A stretch of DNA of 41,532 bases from contig CAJUEB010000001.1 of NCBI GenBank assembly GCA_910585135.1, positions 6,027 through 47,558 of the forward strand, read 5' to 3'. Made by a program: the position numbers and the translations under genes. Each line of letters starts with the position of its first letter. Within the stretch, counting starts at the first letter, position 1. Shown here piece by piece: positions 38,555 through 41,532 of this stretch. Source of the stretch: an uncultured Eubacteriales bacterium (GTDB lineage Bacteria; Bacillota; Clostridia; Peptostreptococcales; Anaerovoracaceae). The notes under the pieces were generated by a model that ran no database searches, was not told the DNA's origin, and worked only from the letters and a program-made list of their open reading frames with translations.

Positions 38555-38843
38555 GGCGTATTCATACATAATTTGGGTATAATCGGATTACAAACTTGCG
38601 TCCTTGCTGTGAAGATTCAGAAGCAGCATAACCGGCTTATTTTCCCCTGTCAGTCTTCCCTTGGGCAAAGTCCGGAAAAGTCGAGTAAGCAACGGTGATT
38701 GACCAAGCTATGCCCTGCCAAACCGCTCGCATCCGGAAAGCTGGCGAAACCGCTCATACAGCACCAAAACCCGCTGACGCCTCATGCAGGACGTGCCGGA
38801 AGCAATAAAAAATCATACGGTTCAAATTCCTTTGCGGGATGCA

Positions 38844-39545
38844 TCATACAGCAGCATGCCGGAAACAAGAGGCAGGAAAAGATGATGATGCCGCTGAAGT
38901 CCCCAGCGCCTCATACAGGAGCGCATTGCAAATGGCAGCGGCAACATTACTGCCGCCTTTCCGCCCCATGGCAACGATAGCCGGAATACCAGATTCACCG
39001 CAAATCCTGAAAATTTCTTCCTTACTTTCCGCCACATTGACGAATCCCACCGGAACGGCTACGACAAGGGATGGCCGTAAACCGTCTTTGATCAATTCCG
39101 CTAATTTAATAAGCGCAGTCGGCGCATTGCCCACTGCAAATACAGCCTTTGGATATTCGCATGCACCATAAGCCATGGACGCTGCTGCCCTGGTCGTTCT
39201 GTTTGTCCTCGCTGCCTCTGCGATATGCGGTTCTGCCATATAACACACCGCATGACAGGAAAGTGTACTCAGCGCATTTTTATTTACACCTGCCAACGCC
39301 ATGTTCGTATCGGTGATGAGCGCAATGCCTTTTGATAGCGCATCGATACCCTGCAAGACCGCGCCCGGGGTAAAGACAAGGTTTTCCGCATAATCAAAAT
39401 CCGCCGTCGCATGGATTGCCCGCATCACCACTGCTTTATTTTCGTCGGAAATGGCAATACCCCGTTCCTTTAATTCCGCTGCAATCATGCGCATACTGGC
39501 CTGCTCTATATCGGCAGGCAAATGATGCTCGTATTTCATGTTCAT
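38844..39545 (-). CDS. cbiC: Precorrin-8X/cobalt-precorrin-8 methylmutase
   Basis: P.DIE..S, RAIHATADF, TDTNM, TTRAAA, GNAPTAL, PVGFVNVAESKE, GRKGGSNVAAAICNALLY. Confidence 0.93.
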   Translation of the reverse strand: MNMKYEHHLPADIEQASMRMIAAELKERGIAISDENKAVVMRAIHATADFDYAENLVFTPGAVLQGIDALSKGIALITDTNMALAGVNKNALSTLSCHAVCYMAEPHIAEAARTNRTTRAAASMAYGACEYPKAVFAVGNAPTALIKLAELIKDGLRPSLVVAVPVGFVNVAESKEEIFRICGESGIPAIVAMGRKGGSNVAAAICNALLYEALGTSAASSSFPASCFRHAAV

Positions 39546-39757
39546 TTCCCTTTCCTTTATATTCTTCTTTCCCTTGTATTTTTAAAGTCTTCTTTTGCGT
39601 TTTCCAGACGCATTTTCTACCTTTCATTTCGCTGTGCCGGATACTGAAAAGCACCGGCGTGATTCCATTCTTTCCATCTAAAATGAAGATTCATAGGCGG
39701 TTTCCTTGGCATGGATTCTCCGATGCCCGATGCCGGATACCGAGTGCTGAATGACGA

Positions 39758-40031
39758 TTCTCTGGATTTTTCAAAAAATCATTTATTGAGAGAAAACAAG
39801 GCAAAAATCAGGGGATTACGTTGGGTTTAATGTGCAATCCCAGTGCGGTTTCTCTTGATTCACATCATTTTCGTGAAAACAAGAGAAAAATCAGGCTATT
39901 TTTCTCTATAAAACCCTTTTATTTAGAAATCATAGAGAAACGTCCCTGGCACAATGCCGTTTGCACGTGTTTTCGCGCCGGATTCTCTGCCAAATTCTCT
40001 TAAAATCGCGATTTTTACATTTTCCAGAGAA
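39758..40031. repeat. Array of four TTCTCT-N25/26-AGAGAA inverted-repeat units
   Basis: Units at 39758-39794, 39850-39887, 39902-39939 and 39995-40031, each 37-38 bp with AT-rich variable interiors. Confidence 0.7.
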
Positions 40032-40155
40032 ACACAAAAAATATAGGGATCACAAACAGCAGATTTCCCTGCAAGCGCGCCATTTATACCCGCTTTCCAA
40101 TTTTGTCATTACCGATGCACTAAGGAGTTCTTTCCCGCAAGCGCGCCATTTGCAC

Positions 40156-41532
40156 CTATCTTTTCCTGCAATTCTCCCGTTTCAGCATTTCCGGCTTCCC
40201 ATCCTGTATTTCCGATCCCTCGTCTCTGCATTTCCTAACGTTTTTTCCCGCATACCGTTCCATCATCTCATACACCTTTCCCATATCCAGCGCCTTGCGC
40301 ACGCCATCTGCCAAAATATCATACTGCCGCTGCACATACGCATGATGAGAAACAGGCGCAGCGGTTTCATAATCAATGCCCTTTTTCCTGCAAAGCTCAG
40401 CCGCAAGACGCTCCGTAAGCGTTCCCGTATCGAACAAACCATGCAGGTAAGTGCCAAAAACATTCCCGCTCCAGCACCCATCGTCACAGCCATTTTCAAG
40501 ACGGCAAAAAGGCGCGCCATGCACAGCAGTCTGCCCCATATGTATTTCATAGCCCGCAAGCGCACACCCGGCAAACGGCTCTGCCACCGCCTCCGCCTGA
40601 TACCTGGTTCTGGTCTTATCCCTGGTAAATACCGTATCGATCGGCAGCAGACCCATTCCCCGTATATGCGCGAGGCTGCTTTCAATTCGCTCCGGGTCTG
40701 ACAAACCGACGCCCAGCATTTGATAACCGCCACAGATGCCCAGCACAGGTACGCCCGCCGCTGCCAGCTTCTGAATCGCTGCCTCTAGCCCGTTCTGCCG
40801 CATCCACAGCAAATCATCTATCGTGTTTTTTGTTCCCGGCAATATAATAAGATCCGGGAATTTCAACGCTGCTGCCTGGCTTACATACCGCACGCCCAGC
40901 ACCGGATGCGCCGCAAGCGGCGCAAAATCCGTAAAATTAGAAATTCTCGGCAGCCGAATGACCGTGATATCGACAGGCTTTTCCGCCTTTTGCTGCGCAA
41001 GGCGGGAAGACAAGGAATCTTCATCATCGATATCCACCGCAAGATACGGCACGACGCCCAAAATCGGAATGCCCGTTTTTTCCTCCAGCACGGAAAGCCC
41101 AGGACGGAGGATCTCCAAGTCACCGCGAAACTTATTGATGATCAGCCCCTCTATGCGCGACTTTTCCTCATGTTCAAGCAACGCTGCCGTCCCATATAGC
41201 TGCGCAAAGACACCGCCCCGGTCGATATCCCCAGCAAGCAGCACAGGAGCATCAGCGGCGGCCGCCATTCCCATATTGACGATATCATGCTCCCGCAGAT
41301 TGATTTCCGCCGGGCTTCCTGCACCTTCTATCACGACGATATCATACTCTGCTGCAAGTCCATGAAAAGCCTCCATGACCTCCGGAACCAATTGCTCTTT
41401 GTACGCATAATATTCCGCCGCCGTCATGTGCGCCCGCACCTTTCCGCAAACAATTACCTGGCTTCCCGTATCGCTGGAAGGCTTGAGTAAAATAGGGTTC
41501 ATCCGCACCTGCGCTTCAATTCCCGCCGCCTC
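40156..41532 (-). CDS. cbiP: Cobyric acid synthase (5' end outside the window)
   Basis: MNPILLKP, EGAGSPAEINL, DIDRGGVFA, INKFRGD, ISNFTDF, PGTKNT, GICGGYQMLG, GYEIH, GTYLHG; frame stays open to the window edge (EAAGIEAQVRMNP). Confidence 0.95.
   Translation of the reverse strand, partial: EAAGIEAQVRMNPILLKPSSDTGSQVIVCGKVRAHMTAAEYYAYKEQLVPEVMEAFHGLAAEYDIVVIEGAGSPAEINLREHDIVNMGMAAAADAPVLLAGDIDRGGVFAQLYGTAALLEHEEKSRIEGLIINKFRGDLEILRPGLSVLEEKTGIPILGVVPYLAVDIDDEDSLSSRLAQQKAEKPVDITVIRLPRISNFTDFAPLAAHPVLGVRYVSQAAALKFPDLIILPGTKNTIDDLLWMRQNGLEAAIQKLAAAGVPVLGICGGYQMLGVGLSDPERIESSLAHIRGMGLLPIDTVFTRDKTRTRYQAEAVAEPFAGCALAGYEIHMGQTAVHGAPFCRLENGCDDGCWSGNVFGTYLHGLFDTGTLTERLAAELCRKKGIDYETAAPVSHHAYVQRQYDILADGVRKALDMGKVYEMMERYAGKNVRKCRDEGSEIQDGKPEMLKRENCRKR

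Noticed and set aside
39546..40155. Cobalamin riboswitch or cbi pseudogene in the cbiP-cbiC gap
   Set aside because: No recognisable B12-box or AGGGAA..GGTG core and no coding-like frame; not excluded without cmscan/tblastn.

Overview
Core chromosomal region of an anaerobic Clostridia-type Firmicute. An Anaerovoracaceae/Peptostreptococcales-like host is my impression from gene order and protein style, not a demonstrated assignment. Almost all genes are on the minus strand. In transcription order they run: cbiP (partial), cbiC; an acylating aldehyde dehydrogenase plus a beta-alanyl-CoA:ammonia lyase pair; an EF-G paralog; radA; then a plus-strand insert (OmpR-type response regulator, histidine kinase, HisJ-like PHP phosphatase); carD, PIN/TRAM, ispDF, proS, TRIC, two chromate transporter halves, NUDIX, ppiB, an EFR1-type ferredoxin, site-2 protease, pcrA, ligA, AIR-synthase-like, MCP, yhaM, a divergent CCA-type nucleotidyltransferase, recD2, comF, raiA-motif ncRNA, hpf, cdaA, cdaR, glmM and glmS (partial). 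No transposase, integrase, cas gene, rRNA or tRNA was seen. Most notable: (1) a 57-58 bp structured, covarying repeat in tandem arrays directly upstream of both hpf and carD, each copy carrying a -10-like hexamer; (2) a compact raiA-motif ncRNA between comF and hpf; (3) an aldehyde dehydrogenase-acl pair that may define an aminoaldehyde/beta-alanyl-CoA catabolic route; (4) a CCA-family enzyme that keeps DxD but has lost its templating motifs, encoded next to yhaM; (5) several other regular intergenic repeat patterns and small in-frame indels in core proteins. All family calls come from motif recognition without database searches.
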